A stretch of 64,000 nucleotides of DNA from Eledone cirrhosa (GCA_964016885.1 CAXHJY010001753.1:8820-72819); one strand, 5' to 3'; positions 12,030 to 26,090 are shown, numbered from the stretch's first letter. A program made the numbers and translations. The notes: generated by a model not told the origin, from the letters alone.

Positions 12030-15000
12030 AAACATGGATAACACGAAGGGAACGCTGGAGAACGTCAATAGAGAAAAGAGAGAGAAAGAGGCAGATTTTA
12101 ACGTTATATCTGCTTCTGCTACTATGGACGTCGCCATAGATACGACTGTCAACAAAGAGGAAAAAATGTTACTACTCGAAAATTGTACAATTTCTACCGT
12201 CGAAACGGAGAAACTTAACACTAACTCACATGAAAACACAAAAATTAAACCTATTAACATACATACACATGAAAAAGACATCAACAACTCCACAGATACA
12301 TCTACACATAAAGTTTCACCTCGTCAAGGAACTGAGATTTCCAACATCGAGGCTAACAACGATAACAACAACAGCATCACCACACAAAAAAAGAAAATGT
12401 CTTTCGCTGAAACAGTGAATAAAAAACAAGATTTTAGGAATCTTGACATCTCCAATGCAAGAGATATGCTCCAGTAAGGGAGAAAATGTGTAACTTTCGT
12501 AGAAAAAAGTGCGTTTAGAATTAACTCACCCCTTGAATAAAGGAAGACACATTTCTCAGATCAGTCACCTTTAGGACTTGTCCAATCCCACGAGAAAGCC
12601 GATATTTGTTAGTCAAGCAGATATAGAAGCTACTTTCAAGGAAATTCTAGCAAATATCGATTTTCTCCAACGAGGAAAACAGTACGAAAGTGTTTCCGTA
12701 CTGTTTAAAAGCGAGGCAATGGCACAAAAACATTTTGTGACACCAATGGTGTCAAAAGCATTCACCTTTTTCCCTACATACATGGGAAAAAAGGACACAA
12801 AAAATAAATATAAAAAATATACCCCCAAACATTAACATCTGGTGGATCTTGGCTGGCTTCGTAGAGCCAGAAACTGATATGATTCTTTCGATACGAAAGT
12901 CTATTCGACAAAGGTGGGCGGGTACTGATTTGGAGATTCTGTTGCAAATGAGGCTGGAGAGAATATCCAAAATATCTGAAAGAGTCGTCATCGATGATGA
13001 CAACAAAATAAACATTTCGGTAGAAGGACGAAAATTTCATTGCTTTCGCTGTGGTAGCACAGCACACCTAAAAGCCTCTCGTCCTTCACAAACACACCAC
13101 AACAACATCATTAAAAAACACTATTACCAACACCAACACAAAACAACCACCACCACCACAAGTACAACGACAGACCAAACGAGCAACCACACCAAAACAA
13201 ACAGACACTCAACCAACAACAATATAAAAAACAGAGACAACACCCTTGAAGAACACAGCCCCACCCCATCCCACTCCATCAAGCACTACCACAAACACAC
13301 ACACCGAAACACCAGCACCACACAACATACCCCTACCCCACACTCCTGACGATGATTATTCATCGACGGATGAGGTTGCTTCTCCTTCTTTCAGTGAAGA
13401 AGAGAGAGAGTCGCAGAAATCTAAAAAACAAAAAAAGAGACACCACAAAACCCCCAAAACTCCAATCAGCAACACACAACCACAGACACAAACAACACCA
13501 CAGTCAAATATCCCCCTATCAGCAAAACCAACACAAACACCACCCCAAACACAAGCTCCCACCATAAAAAGAAAACTCCCGGACGAACAACAAACTAAAA
13601 CAACACAACAAAAACACAAACAATAATACGCATACATCAACACAAACAACAAGAGTTTGATGGAGGTCATCTCCCAAAACCCCAAGGTGGAGACGGAGGG
13701 CAAAACTTTCGTCAAGGCAGAATCTTCTCCACACCTTAAACTTATAAGGGTTTCTATGGAAACCTATTATGACCTGAAAAATAAATTTTCACATGACGTG
13801 GGCAACCCCTGCCAGAAACCCATCAATGGCGTCCTGTTAAAATGTTTCCCCACCCCACCCAACACCCCATCCAGCACCCAAATGGAGATTGCACAACCCG
13901 ATCTCCAGGAAACGAAAAAGTAAGTGCACCTTTCGTCCTTTTTTTCCAACTCTTCTTCACCAACAAGGCTAGTTTACAAGTTGGAAGCGTGAATGTGCGT
14001 GGCCTAGGGATGTCCTGGAAACAGGGCCAACTTTTAAACGACCTTAGTTCATACGGTATGGATGTGATAGCCATCACCGAGTCCAGGATACACAACAGGC
14101 AGCAACTAACCCCCATCTTCGACGACTTTGAAATCTACGCATCTCTCTGTCAGCCAGGAGGTGGAGGCGGAGTGGATGTCATGTTTCGGAAGAACCTGGG
14201 CGTCGAAGTACAGCAAGTACACTTAGACCCGGAGGGTAGACTGGTAGTCCTAGACGTGAACAGTATTGGAGGTGGAGCCTTCAGACTGGTGTCCGTTTAT
14301 GCCCCGACCGGGCAATCGCAATCACGGCCAGAATTCTTTAAGCGTCTAGAGTATTTTCTGGGAACGCTCGCTCCTTACTTTTAGTAGGGGACTGGAATGG
14401 TATCCTAGATGCACGATGGGACTATGTGGGAGCATGTCCCAGTGGAGGGGGGTGCAACAGCCTCAAAACTTTAATCGGTCGATTCCAACTGGCCGATAGG
14501 TATCGACTGGATTCCCCGACTGCACCACAGTGGACGTGGGCAAACCGCAGTGGGACATCTAGATCGTATTTAGATAGGTTCTTCATTAGAGAAAGGGACG
14601 AGGAGATGTTAACCTGTCCACGAATTCACATGGTTGCCTATTCAGATCACAAATTAGACGTCTGCTTATACCAAGTCTCATGACCATATTAGTCGTCTAC
14701 TTATACAACAATAGATGCTGGTACTCTCTCAAGAAAGCAATTAGAATAGATTCGATAGGGTTTAGCAGAGAGTTAGCCTTAAAGAAAAACAAACTAGAAA
14801 GAGAACTAGTAGCCAAGGTAGAGGAGGCACTTAGAAGTGGCAACGCGGCTAGAGTGTTAGCGTCGAGATCGGCACTGGACCAGTTCTTCGATGCGAAACA
14901 CGAAGGCTGCGTGGTCAGAAGCAAAACACGTGCTTTAGGAAACGAAGGAGCGAAAGCTGTCAGCTGGGCCCGAGTGGCGGAGGCAAAAAGAGGCAACAAT

Positions 15001-17420
15001 TCCACGATTCGGTCTGTCAAAGATCAAAACGGACGCGTGCTACTTGACCCCAAGCAAATGTGCGCGGCCTTTCAGCAGCACTTTGCGCGACTGTTTGAGC
15101 AGAACGACAGTAGGCCGAACGGGGCAATGGACGTTAGTTCATACCTCGACGGCCTGCCGCGTCTCTCGAACACGGACGCCGAGTTCTGCGATAGACCGAT
15201 CACGGACACTGAGATACGGGACGCCCTGGGCCGCTGCGGGAAACGCAAGTCACCCGGTCTAGATGGTCTACCCTATGAGTTTTACATAGGCATGCCAGAC
15301 TTGTTCTCTGGCGTCCTCAAAGCCGTCTACTGCAATTGACAGCAGAACGGGACAATTCCCAGTTCTGCAGGCAAGGGCGTAGTAACGCTGATCAGGAAAG
15401 ACGAGAACAAGGGGGACGAAATTAACAACTTCAGGCCCATAACTCTGCTCAACACAGAGTTAAAGATTTTGGCCAAGGTGCTAGCGACGAGGATGGCCTT
15501 GTCGTCGAGAACCTGGTGGAGAAAGCGCAAACGTGTGCAATCCCGACCAGGTCCATACACGACAACCTCCACCTCATGCGATACATCATAGAGAGGGTGG
15601 ATAGTAAACCCGGCTTCGGTGGGGCTCTGATCAATTTGGATCAGTCTAAGGCATTCAATAGGGTCGACCATCGATACTTGGAAGCGGTTCTCAAGGCGGC
15701 CGGTTTCGGTCCCGTATTCAGAGGCTGGATCGAGGCGACGCACACCAGCATCTGCTCGAGGGTCAAGGTGAACGGCTACCTATCGGAGCCGTTCGCAATC
15801 ACGCGTTCCATTCGACAGGGGTGCCCTCTCTCCTCCATTCTGTATATATTGACTCTCGAGCCACCACTGCGGAAATTGGAGCTGTTGCAGCACATCCCTC
15901 TAGAATCGAGACTGCGCAAAGCGGCGTCGGCTTATGCCGACGACGTGACGGTAATGGTGTCGAGCACCTCGGAAATTGGGGTGATCGCCAACTTACTGAA
16001 AGAATACGAAACGCTGACGGGAGCAAAACTAAACCCGGACAAGTCTGTCGGTTTGCAACTCGGTACGTGGAGAGGCAAACCGATGACGTCTGACAGCGTC
16101 GTTTGACGCTGGCCGGACAGACCGGTGAAATTGCTCGGGATCTGGTTCGGTCCAGACCTCCAGGTGGAGAAAATCTGGAACGATGTCACGGCCAAGGTGT
16201 TTGCACTCATCCTGAAGAGGGCAGAGTGCAAACTGTCCTTGAAAGGTCGAGTGGAGGTAGCGAACGCTTTCATAGCGTCCGTCATCTACTACCGCTTGAC
16301 TGTCGTGCCTTATCCCCGTGAACACCTCGCCAAGATGGAACGCATGCTCTTCCAGTTTCTGTGGAAGAAGCAGGCTCCGCTGTGAGGAGATCCGTCTGCT
16401 GTCAGCACTCTTCCAACGGAGGGCTGGGAATGCCGTGGCTGATGGTGCGCAAACATGCGCTGAGACTACGGCATCTCCAGGTATTCTTCACCGATCCCCA
16501 ACCGGTGTGGGCACCGTTTGTGAGACAGGCTTTCCCACAGCTCGTCTCGCTGACGGAGCTGCAGTCCCGGGTCAAGAAAAGACCGAAAACGTTGGGCGCC
16601 TGGCACATTGAATGCGCTCAGGCGCTCACAGTCCTCTCGCAAGCGGGCGCAGCAATCAGTGGACACTCCACTTCGACATTGTATAGAGGGATTGTACGTT
16701 ACAAGGGCGACGACGTGCTCGGAGAGACTCTGGGCGTCGAAGACGATGAGCTCACCAGTCTGTTTGGTAGGACTTTCCGCCCAGTACCTATGGACATCTA
16801 TGGAATGGTATCCTAGATGCACGATGGGACTATGTGGGAGCATGTCCCAGTAGAGGGGGTTACAACAGCCTCAAAACTTTAATCGGCCAATTCCAACTGG
16901 CCGATATGTATCGACTGGATTTCCCGACTGCACCACAGTGGACGTGGGCAAACCGCAGCGGGACATCTAGATCGTATTTAGATAGGTTCTTCATAAGAGA
17001 AAGGAACAAGGAGATTTTAAGCTGTCCACGAATGCACATGGTTGCCTATTCAGATCACAAATTAATCGTCTGCTTAGTCAACCGTGATAGAACACATAGA
17101 CAAGGACCCGGATACTGGAAGCTTAACGTGTCGTTGCCGGCACGTAAAGCTTACAGTGAACGGATAAGTAGACTAGTCAAGCAACAGTTAACGGGAGCCA
17201 TCGTCAACAAAACCTGTTCGGGCAGAGTGGCGGTGCGTCGAACGGGGCAAAGAACTTCGTTTCATACCCGACGGCCTGTCGCGTCTCTCGAGCATGGACG
17301 CCCAGTTCTGCGAAAGACCGATCACAGCCACTGAGATACGGGACGCTCTGGGCCGCTGCGTGAAACGCAAATCACCCGGTCTAGATAGTCTACCCTATGA
17401 GTTTTACATAGGCATGCCGA
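12030..17420 (+). mobile_element. Tx1/L1-clade LINE, disrupted: ORF1 ~12034-13923, ORF2 ~13960-16800, rearranged duplicate 16800-17420
   Basis: ORF1 knuckle CFRCGSTAHLKAS. ORF2 APE motifs (SVNVRGL, VSVYAP, SYLDRF, SDH) and RT motifs (KSPGLDGLPYEFY, LDQSKAFNRVDH, RQGCPLS, AYADD, GGLGMP). Stops and frameshifts present. Confidence 0.92.
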
Positions 17421-17421
17421 A

Positions 17422-17761
17422 CTTTGTTTTGTGCCTCTCTTTTGTTCTGTCAAACAAGATGGCGTAGGACAGAACAAAGGAGAGGCACAAAACAAAGAAA
17501 AGAATTCTCAGTCACTGAAGAGGTAACAGAATGTGTGACGAATGAACTTTGACAATATATGAACAACCGTCCGGTTGTAGAACCAACCAACAAACCAGAA
17601 ATTTATAAATTTTTAAATTTATAATTTAAATTATAATAAATTAGAGTGAAAGCAACTAGTGCGTGTTTTTCTTATTGGCAACATGACCCTCCCACGTAAA
17701 ACAATATCGGTTTCAACACACGTATTAGGATAAAGAATCTTGTTAAACAAATTCAGAAACG

Positions 17762-17765
<4 letters not shown>
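17422..17765 (+). mobile_element. ~300-bp HHR-bearing repeat (Penelope-type terminal fragment) with 5' fold-back, ending in (TA)n
   Basis: Homologous copies at 55390-55700 (-) and 56920-57115 (+). 5' hairpin ctttgttttgtgcctctc...gagaggcacaaaacaaag. Confidence 0.7.
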
Positions 17766-17820
<55 letters not shown>

Positions 17821-18169
17821 TGGAAATGGCGAGCTGTGTTGTTGCAAATATGATATATATAATAAAATGAAGAATTAGAACTAGAAGCCAGGACTATCCC
17901 TCATCAGTGGTCTACTAGCCATCATAGGTATTTCTTCGCATTACAGACCATATACCTCCGGCTAGGGCAATACAATAACTAAATTAAATTATTGGAATAA
18001 AAAGAATTGGGTGGAGAAAGAGAGACAGGTAAACAAACATGAATAGTGAGGCAACGTAATATGTATGTATATATGTATGTATGTATGTATATATGTATGT
18101 ATGTATGTATATATGTATGTATGTATGTATATATGTATGTATGTATGTGTGTGGGGGGGTGTACATGTA

Positions 18170-19050
18170 TGTTTATAGAAGTAGTTCCACAACACTTAGT
18201 TCACCACTACTAAGAACAATTGTTTCATCTTATTCAAATTATCAGCTCGGTTTAAATGAGATGTACGGAAAAGAAAATACAACTGTGCGAGTACGCATGT
18301 GCAGAAACAGTCACTTCCCTGGGGGAGGTAAACCCACAATAGATCGATATATATAACGAGGGAGATAACTGTAGATGCTCGGAATAAATTATTCATGTTA
18401 TTGGGAATATTATAGATTATTCATGTTAGTCAATCTGGAGCTTTGAAATAATGTAGTAGGTGTTTCCAGACGTGTGGACAAGTTCATTCCTTGCATTTTG
18501 ACAAACGATATTACGTAAATTCTCTGGATATTGATTCTTTCTTCAATGCACAGCCCACAAGACAAATTCGCATTTGCGTGTGGCTTAGACTTAGTTATAA
18601 CTTTCCATTGGATGAGGTATCTACGCCTGTGTCCTTGCGCCTGTGGCCGGCGAGTCTCGTGGACGATCGTTTGTCCGGGTATCTGAAGATCGACAGATGA
18701 TTCAGGAAGCGTTTCTTAAACTGACCCACCGCCATACCTACATAGGATTTAACTACTTGTTGTTGATTTGGTCGGTTACGTAATTACAAAGCTCCGGATT
18801 GACTAACATGAACATTTATAATATTCTGAATAACATGAATAATTTATTCCGAGCATCCACAGTTATCTCCCTCATATCGATCTACTGTTGGTTTACCTCC
18901 CACGGGGGAAGTGACTCTTTCTGCACATACGTATTCGTACAGTTGTTTTTCCTTTTCCGTACACCTCATTTAAACCGAGCTGATGATCCGAATAATGTGA
19001 AATAATTGTTCTCGGTAATGGTGAACTAACTGTTGTGGAACTACTTCTAA
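18170..19050 (-). mobile_element. Penelope-like GIY-YIG fragment flanked by ~270-bp inverted repeats
   Basis: 18460-18790 on minus reads SYVGMAVGQFKKRFLNHLSIF...SCGLCIEE. Arms ~18175-18445 and ~18790-19050 are diverged reverse complements, each with an HHR motif. Confidence 0.8.
18974..19016 (+). ncRNA. Minimal type I hammerhead ribozyme motif
   Basis: ACCGAG-CTGATGA-tccgaataatgt-GAAA-taattg-TT-CTCGGT. The sister copy at 18209-18251 (-) has CTGATAA and loop CAATTG. Confidence 0.7.
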
Positions 19051-19132
19051 CAAACTCGTCCATGGACTGAGTGCTCTACTACGACGGATATAACCCACCA
19101 GTGTTCTACTATTATATACTATTATATATATG

Positions 19133-19165
<33 letters not shown>

Positions 19166-19181
19166 ATATACATACATGTAT

Positions 19182-19225
<44 letters not shown>

Positions 19226-19285
19226 GGAAAAAGTGAAACGAAAATTCATTTCTCACTCTTAGTACGGCTCTTATAAGTATACATA

Positions 19286-19340
<55 letters not shown>

Positions 19341-19589
19341 ACATGTGTGTGAACTGACAATAGAGAATCCGTGTGAAGAATACTCTGACACCATGGTTGT
19401 CCAGATTAATCTGTATCAATAATTAAATTCCACGAAGAAATGGAAGGTTAGTGGAAACAGGACAGGGCGCTTTTCTTGCCCTAACTTTGTTGCTACACCA
19501 ACTTTCGACTTTGGTTTTATCTTTGATTACTTTTATGGGATGTATGTGAGTTTTCAACCCCGTGAACGTCTTCTTGATTTGGGCATTTT

Positions 19590-20090
19590 GCATCCAATTT
19601 GAAAGTCTTTCAATCTCTTATTATGATTGCGACTTAGTTGAGCATAATGTTGAAAATATACAAATTCTCATGGATTATATTTCTATATCATGTAAGGACT
19701 CAGCATTAATCTGGAAAATATCGTTCTAATCTTCTTGTTTGTCCTAGAAAACACCTATGTGAAACCATCTGTTTTGGCTGAAGAAATAAATTTGAAATTA
19801 GTAGACAAGTTTGTTTGCCTAGGCAGTACATTCAGCCGTTCTTCTTTCTTAAACAATGAAATATATCTAAGGCGTCAGAAAACAACAGTATCCTTCCTCT
19901 ATAAGGTGTCTCGTGTCTGTTTCTAACATGCTATCACGATATTAATAAAATTGCTGTTTCATGCATGCGTATTAACCAATCTTCCTCTCTTTCTTTCTCA
20001 TGGGAAACAGTGGTCAACGACAAGAAGTATGTAGGCTTTTTTAAGCGCATGCATTAAAGTTGTTAAACATATTCTGAATATTATCTAGTT
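19590..20090 (+). mobile_element. Old RTE-clade RT fragment
   Basis: LKLVDKFVCLGSTFSRSSFLNNEIYLRRQK resembles the RTE V..F.YLGS...EI..R region. Many lesions. Confidence 0.6.
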
Positions 20091-21182
20091 CTCACGGACG
20101 GCAAACACAGAGATTTGCTTTCCTGTTGTGCTCCCGTACAGTTTTAAATCTTGGTTTGAGCCATGAACGCTTTCCGCATAACAGCTTGCCGAAAAGCATC
20201 TGCTTCGAGATCCTCTAATTATTCATTCTTACAAGATGCGGAAAGCGTTCATGGCTCAAACCAAGATTTAAAACTGTAAGGGAGCACAAGGGGAAAGCAA
20301 ATGTTTTTCATCGTAACTAATAGAGTAAATGGATAAAAAATGAAGCAGCTGTTTTTTGAAAACTACAGATCTTTCATACATAGTTTAAGTGAGTTACGGG
20401 AAAAACGTGCTAGTCATGAAGTAGATGCAGTAAACTTATATCTTTGCATAGGCGGCTAATTGGCAGAGTCGTTGGAACGTTGGATAGAGTGCTTTTCGGT
20501 ATTCGTTTTGGCTCTCTTTTCCCTGAGTTCAAATCCCGCCGAGGTCAGCCTTGCCTTGAAGGTCGATAAAAAAATACCAGTCTAATACCGGGGGACGATT
20601 CCTAATACACATCTCTCTCATTCTCCCCTCCATTCTTTCACTTTCTATGCATATCTGGAAAAAACTACTGTGTTCAGACCTGGAGAGGAGTGGGCTCCGC
20701 CAGACTTAAAATGTTCAAGAAACTCCGTATGCCACTATGAAACTTTAACAGAGATAACATCAAAATGCCAAAGTGATATACAATCATCCACTGCGTCGGC
20801 AAAATAGAGAACCCTTTGATCTACCTAAATAGCCCGGCAGTAACGAATGGTCATAACACTTTCATCAACTCAACGAATCAACGACTTTATACGACAGCGA
20901 TGTTAGCAACACCTCTTCAAAAAATAGTAATAGTAGTAGTAATATTATTATTATTACCACTTCTCCATGGTCTGAGTTCAAATCCCGCCGCGGTTAACTT
21001 TGCCTTTCATCCATACGGGGTCGATAAAATAAAGTACCAGTAATACACAGGGATTATTTCTGGCCTTGTGCCAAAAGTAGAAACAATTACTACCATTCCT
21101 CTCTATATACATTATCTCTCAGTACATTTCAGTACAACTGGTATGTATACAACCTGATTCACTATTTGATGACACGCCCCAC

Positions 21183-21260
<78 letters not shown>

Positions 21261-21336
21261 TCCAGGGAGAGTTACTCTAGGTTCACCAGGGTGAGCACTC
21301 GAGGTTCAGGTTCACTTCAGTGTCGAGGTGTAGAGC

Positions 21337-21381
<45 letters not shown>

Positions 21382-21384
<3 letters not shown>

Positions 21385-22405
21385 AGGGGGTGTAACTTGG
21401 AGTTACTGCAGGTTCACCCGGGTGTGCACTCGATGTTTAGGTTCACTTCTGTGATGAGGTGTAGAGCTATACAGAGTGTAATATATTGAAAGGATAACAA
21501 GGACGATTGATTACTCCTTCATTACATTTATTGGTAGGTGACGCGCGTTTCGCCACTGATCAGCTGAAGGTTCGATCTGTATCGATCCTACCCGACTCAA
21601 TGATCGGTAGCTCGACGGACCCTTTAAAATGCTATAAGAAAATGAAATACATGCTATGTGGTAAAGACAGAAGTTCAAGAGTTTGACAATATGAGTTGTT
21701 TTGATTGGTGGGAAGGATCAAAGGGATGTACTGGCCTGTAGTGTATGTGGGGGTGGATGTGATGTTAAGATGTTGGTGACGGTCGCTGGCTGCGATGGGC
21801 TGTGGTGTGGTGGTGGCGGGTTGACTTTGGCCTGTAGTGTATATGGGGGTGGATGTGATAAGATGGTGGTGAGGGTCGCTGACTGGGATGGGCTGTGGTG
21901 TGGGAGTAGTAGGTTGTCGGTAGACGGGTTGGCGTGTGTGGGGTGTGGTTGTGGTGTTGTTGTTTATGGTAGTGGCGTTTGTGGTGGATGTGTTGGTGGT
22001 GTCGAGTCCATGGGGAGATACATACCTAGACACTCTTAGTCTGACAAATACGTTGTGTATATATACATATATACATGCGTATACTGATATATATACACAC
22101 GTACACACTCACACACACACACACATACACGTACCCACATAGATCCACACATACATATATCTATTTGCATATATACACACACATGTATATGCATTCGCGC
22201 GCGTGGATATATATAGAGAGAGTGTGGGAGTATCGGTGGGACAAAGATAGAGGGAAGGTAGGAGCCAATGGAGATGGTGTTGTACATATAGACATACACA
22301 TACATACACACATACGTATATCCACACATACACGTACACACACGTATACATAAACATACACATACACACATATATACATACATATATACACCCACATACA
22401 AATAC

Positions 22406-22440
<35 letters not shown>

Positions 22441-22476
22441 AGCGATTCTTTGCTTAAACTTTAATCTGTTATTTTA

Positions 22477-22512
<36 letters not shown>

Positions 22513-24777
22513 GCACATATATATAAAAAATGCTTACACACAGACATACACACTTGCGTTGGTTCGAGAGGGAAGGTATGTGTTGGCCGTGGTGATGAAG
22601 TTAATGGATGTTGAGGTATGGAGTTGTGTCTTGTGGTGGTGGAGTTATGAGCGACAAAAATATGCAGGTTCGAATGATACGATGGGTTACAGGTTAAAAG
22701 GTGGCATAGGGAACGCGGAGGAAAAAGTGTATGGACGTATATCGATGTGTGTTGTGGTCATGGTGGTGGTGGTAGTGGTGCTGGGGTGATATGTTCAACA
22801 AAATGATTATATGATCAGATGTTACGGTGGGTTACAGGGTAAGGCAAACGGAGGACGGATATAACACAGTCGATCTGGGAGTGAGGGATGATATGTGTTG
22901 ATGTTAATGATGTTAATGATTGTTGAAGTATGTGGATGTATCTAGTGGTGGCGGTGGTGGTGTGTGCGAGAGTACATTTACAGGGTCGAATTTAGCGTGG
23001 GGTTGTAGGTTTGGATAGACAGAGGGAACATGGGGCAATAAGGTTGCGGGTGTGGATGGTATACTTATGACGATGTGTGCTGCGGTGGTGGTGGCGATGG
23101 TGTGATATGATCGACATTATATTTACAGGATCAGATGTTACTATGGTTTGCAAGGTAAACCTGACAGAGAGGACAGATAGAACACAATGTTGCAAGGATG
23201 AGGGGTGTATGGCGATGTGATTTTTGGTGGGGGTGATGTATGCGGCACGGGCTAACAAATGGTTGCATGCAATACAAAAAATAAATTCACTGAGATGGGC
23301 GATGGTGAGACGGGGCAGAGGTGGTTATTATTATGCTGTGTGCGGCCCTCCCCCGAATGTTTGTGCAGAAAAAGTGTTCAGCCTGGTGTGTCTGCAATTG
23401 ACAATTATGTCCGACCTATAGTTTATGGCAGATTTTAGTTTAATTATTTCTACCGCCTCAACCAGGCATAACCTGCAGTGGTTTCTGTCACTGGGGAGTT
23501 GTGCCACGCGTCTTTTCACTGACCACGAGATCTGGGGTTCGATGTTGCTGTCCTTGATGTCCCAGATCAAATCGGCCAGTCTGGTTTGTGATCGTTTCAG
23601 CCTATGTTTAAAGGAGCTTCTATGGTTATACCAGCGCTCCTTAAACATACTGGATGTCGCACCTATATATGAGTACTCTTTATTGCCGGCTGTGACATCA
23701 CACCGGTAAACAATGTTTTTAACGAGGCACTCCCCGTTTAGTGGGCATTCGGCCCGTTTTTTGCAGTTGCAATTGGGTGTAACCGGTGTGGTGGCACGTT
23801 GGCGGCACGCGGTGTGGATCTGGTATGTGGGTTGTTGTGTTGTGTGTGTGGTTTCGTTCTAGGTTGTGGTGGTGATTTGTTGTGGGGAAACCATGTGTTT
23901 TCGTATTTTTGTCCTATTAGTGTGTGCTATTTGGTGATGTGGAGAAAGAGAATTTTACAGTGTGTCTATTGAAGAGCTTGTGGTATTTATGTGTGCGTGG
24001 AAAATATCGTTCGAGAGCTCTGAAGAAGGTTCCCGGTATATTGGTGGCGACGTGTATAGAATACGGGGCCTTGTACCATGTGACAGGTCTACTTCGGGTT
24101 ATGCGGTGTTTAGTGAGGTTTTTGTGGTTGGGTGGTAGTTTGGGTGCGTTTTGGTCAGGCGTATGTGTCATAGGGGTTACAAGTAGTCTATTGGCATTAT
24201 GTCGTTTGTCTCTATTGCTACGCAAACGTGTGCGATAGTCAGAGTCGTTATTGGGGTTGGAGAGTATGGCTTTATCTCCTTGACAGTTGTGTGTGACGCT
24301 GGCTGCCCTGCCGGCTACGGAGAGTCTTAGGTTATTATTTGTCCTAGGTGTGGTGATTTCTTCTATGTTCGTTTCTAAGGGTCCGGTTATGTCCAGCGGC
24401 GTTACGGTTCTATTTGGGTCGATGTAAGAAATCTTCTCAATGTAACCAGGGTTTACAAGTGCGGAGTTGTAGTATTCCGCGTGCTGGTTGAAGATATTTC
24501 TATTAGCCGACAGGGTTGACACTCTATTGGAGACGCTTTTAACTATTGAGTTAATTATGCTCCTAGGGTGGTTGGAGTGACTGTTGACGTATTTGAGATG
24601 TTCATTAGGTTTGTGGTGTGGACAGTAGAGACCTGTGTCTAATTCCAGGGTGACATCTAAAACGTTTACTGTCCTACTGTTAGGTTCAATTTCTACCTCT
24701 AATCCTTGGGTCTTAAAGATATATCTAAGTCGTTTGTGTAGTCTATCTAATTGGCTATTATTGAGTTCACGGGTCAT
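21382..24777 (-). mobile_element. Penelope-like element, 5'-truncated: RT thumb, linker, GIY-YIG endonuclease and long 3' region
   Basis: VNVLDVTLEL...HKPN...YVNSHSNHP (PLE RT C-terminus); CNC..ECPLNGECL..NIVYRC; YIGATSSMFKERWYNHRSSF; CRLCLVE. The 3' end abuts (TA)n. Confidence 0.9.
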
Positions 24778-24951
24778 ATGATGAAAACTTCGTTAAACTT
24801 TGAAGAGGCCGATTTATCACGGTGCTAATGCAAAGATATTAGAAAATGAGTTTTTCTATAGATCCCATCGGATTACCTGTTCATTGGCAAACACTTGTCA
24901 GTTATGTGATAAATGTTAGTCCTTTAACTCTGTATTCATGTGAGTTATTAC

Positions 24952-25036
<85 letters not shown>

Positions 25037-25300
25037 TGTGTGTTTGTATGTGTGTGTGTGTGTGTGTGTATTCTGGTATCTACCAGTACATGGTAGGGCT
25101 AATAACATCGTTAGAGCTCCACGTATTCCAGAAGATAAGTTGGCGAGAGTTCTCGTTTTTGTAAGGGGCTGTTGTAATATTATATTCCGTTGAGCATTCT
25201 AAACGGCCTACAGATTCATATATATGGGGCGGTGCCCCAGTATGACCTCAGCCGGATGGCTGGAACAGGTAAAAGAGTAATATATATATATATCTATCTA

Positions 25301-25340
<40 letters not shown>

Positions 25341-25682
25341 AGTGGAAGTTACTAAAATCGAAGTTGCGGCGCTCGGCTAGCATCCAGGACAGAAAACAAT
25401 ATTCGGAGTTTTGCACGAAGCCCTCAATAAGATACCGATAAATCCATAAGTTACATCTTAGAGTAATAGACATACGCTAAACAGCGTGACAAATTGAAAA
25501 CTGCGGTTAAGGGGACAAAGTCACAGAAGCCACCACAACTACGAAAATAGAATCAGGTTACATAACATATATATATATATATTAGTACAGATTAAAAGTT
25601 TATGTAATATTGTAGTGCACCTGAGCATTGTACACAATAATTTCATTATTATAATATATATATACATATATTACTTAAACTG

Positions 25683-25721
<39 letters not shown>

Positions 25722-25723
<2 letters not shown>

Positions 25724-26052
25724 GGGAGTGTAACTTGCAGTTACTGTAGGTTCACCCGGGTGTGCACTCGATGTTTAGGTTCACTTCTGTGTCGAGGTGT
25801 AGAGCTATACAGAGTGTATTATATTGAAAAGATAACAAGGACGATTGGTTACTCCTTCATTACATTTATTGGTAGGTGACGCGCGTTTTGCCACTGATCA
25901 GCTCAAGGTTCGATCTGTATCGATCTTACCCGACTCTATAATCCGCAGCTCGACGGACCCCTCGGACCATGAGCTGATCAGTGGCGAAACGCGCGTCACC
26001 TACCAATAAATGTAATGAAGGAGTAACCAATCATCCTTTTTATCTTTTCAAC
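25722..26052 (-). mobile_element. Solo 3'-end fragment of the same Penelope-like family with a short inverted copy, between (TA)n tracts
   Basis: 25722-25960 matches 21385-21622. 25970-26052 is the reverse complement of ~25820-25905. Confidence 0.85.

Positions 26053-26090
<38 letters not shown>

Noticed and set aside
17890-17920. CTGATGAGGGATAGTCC on minus
   Set aside because: No GAAA or stem III follows.
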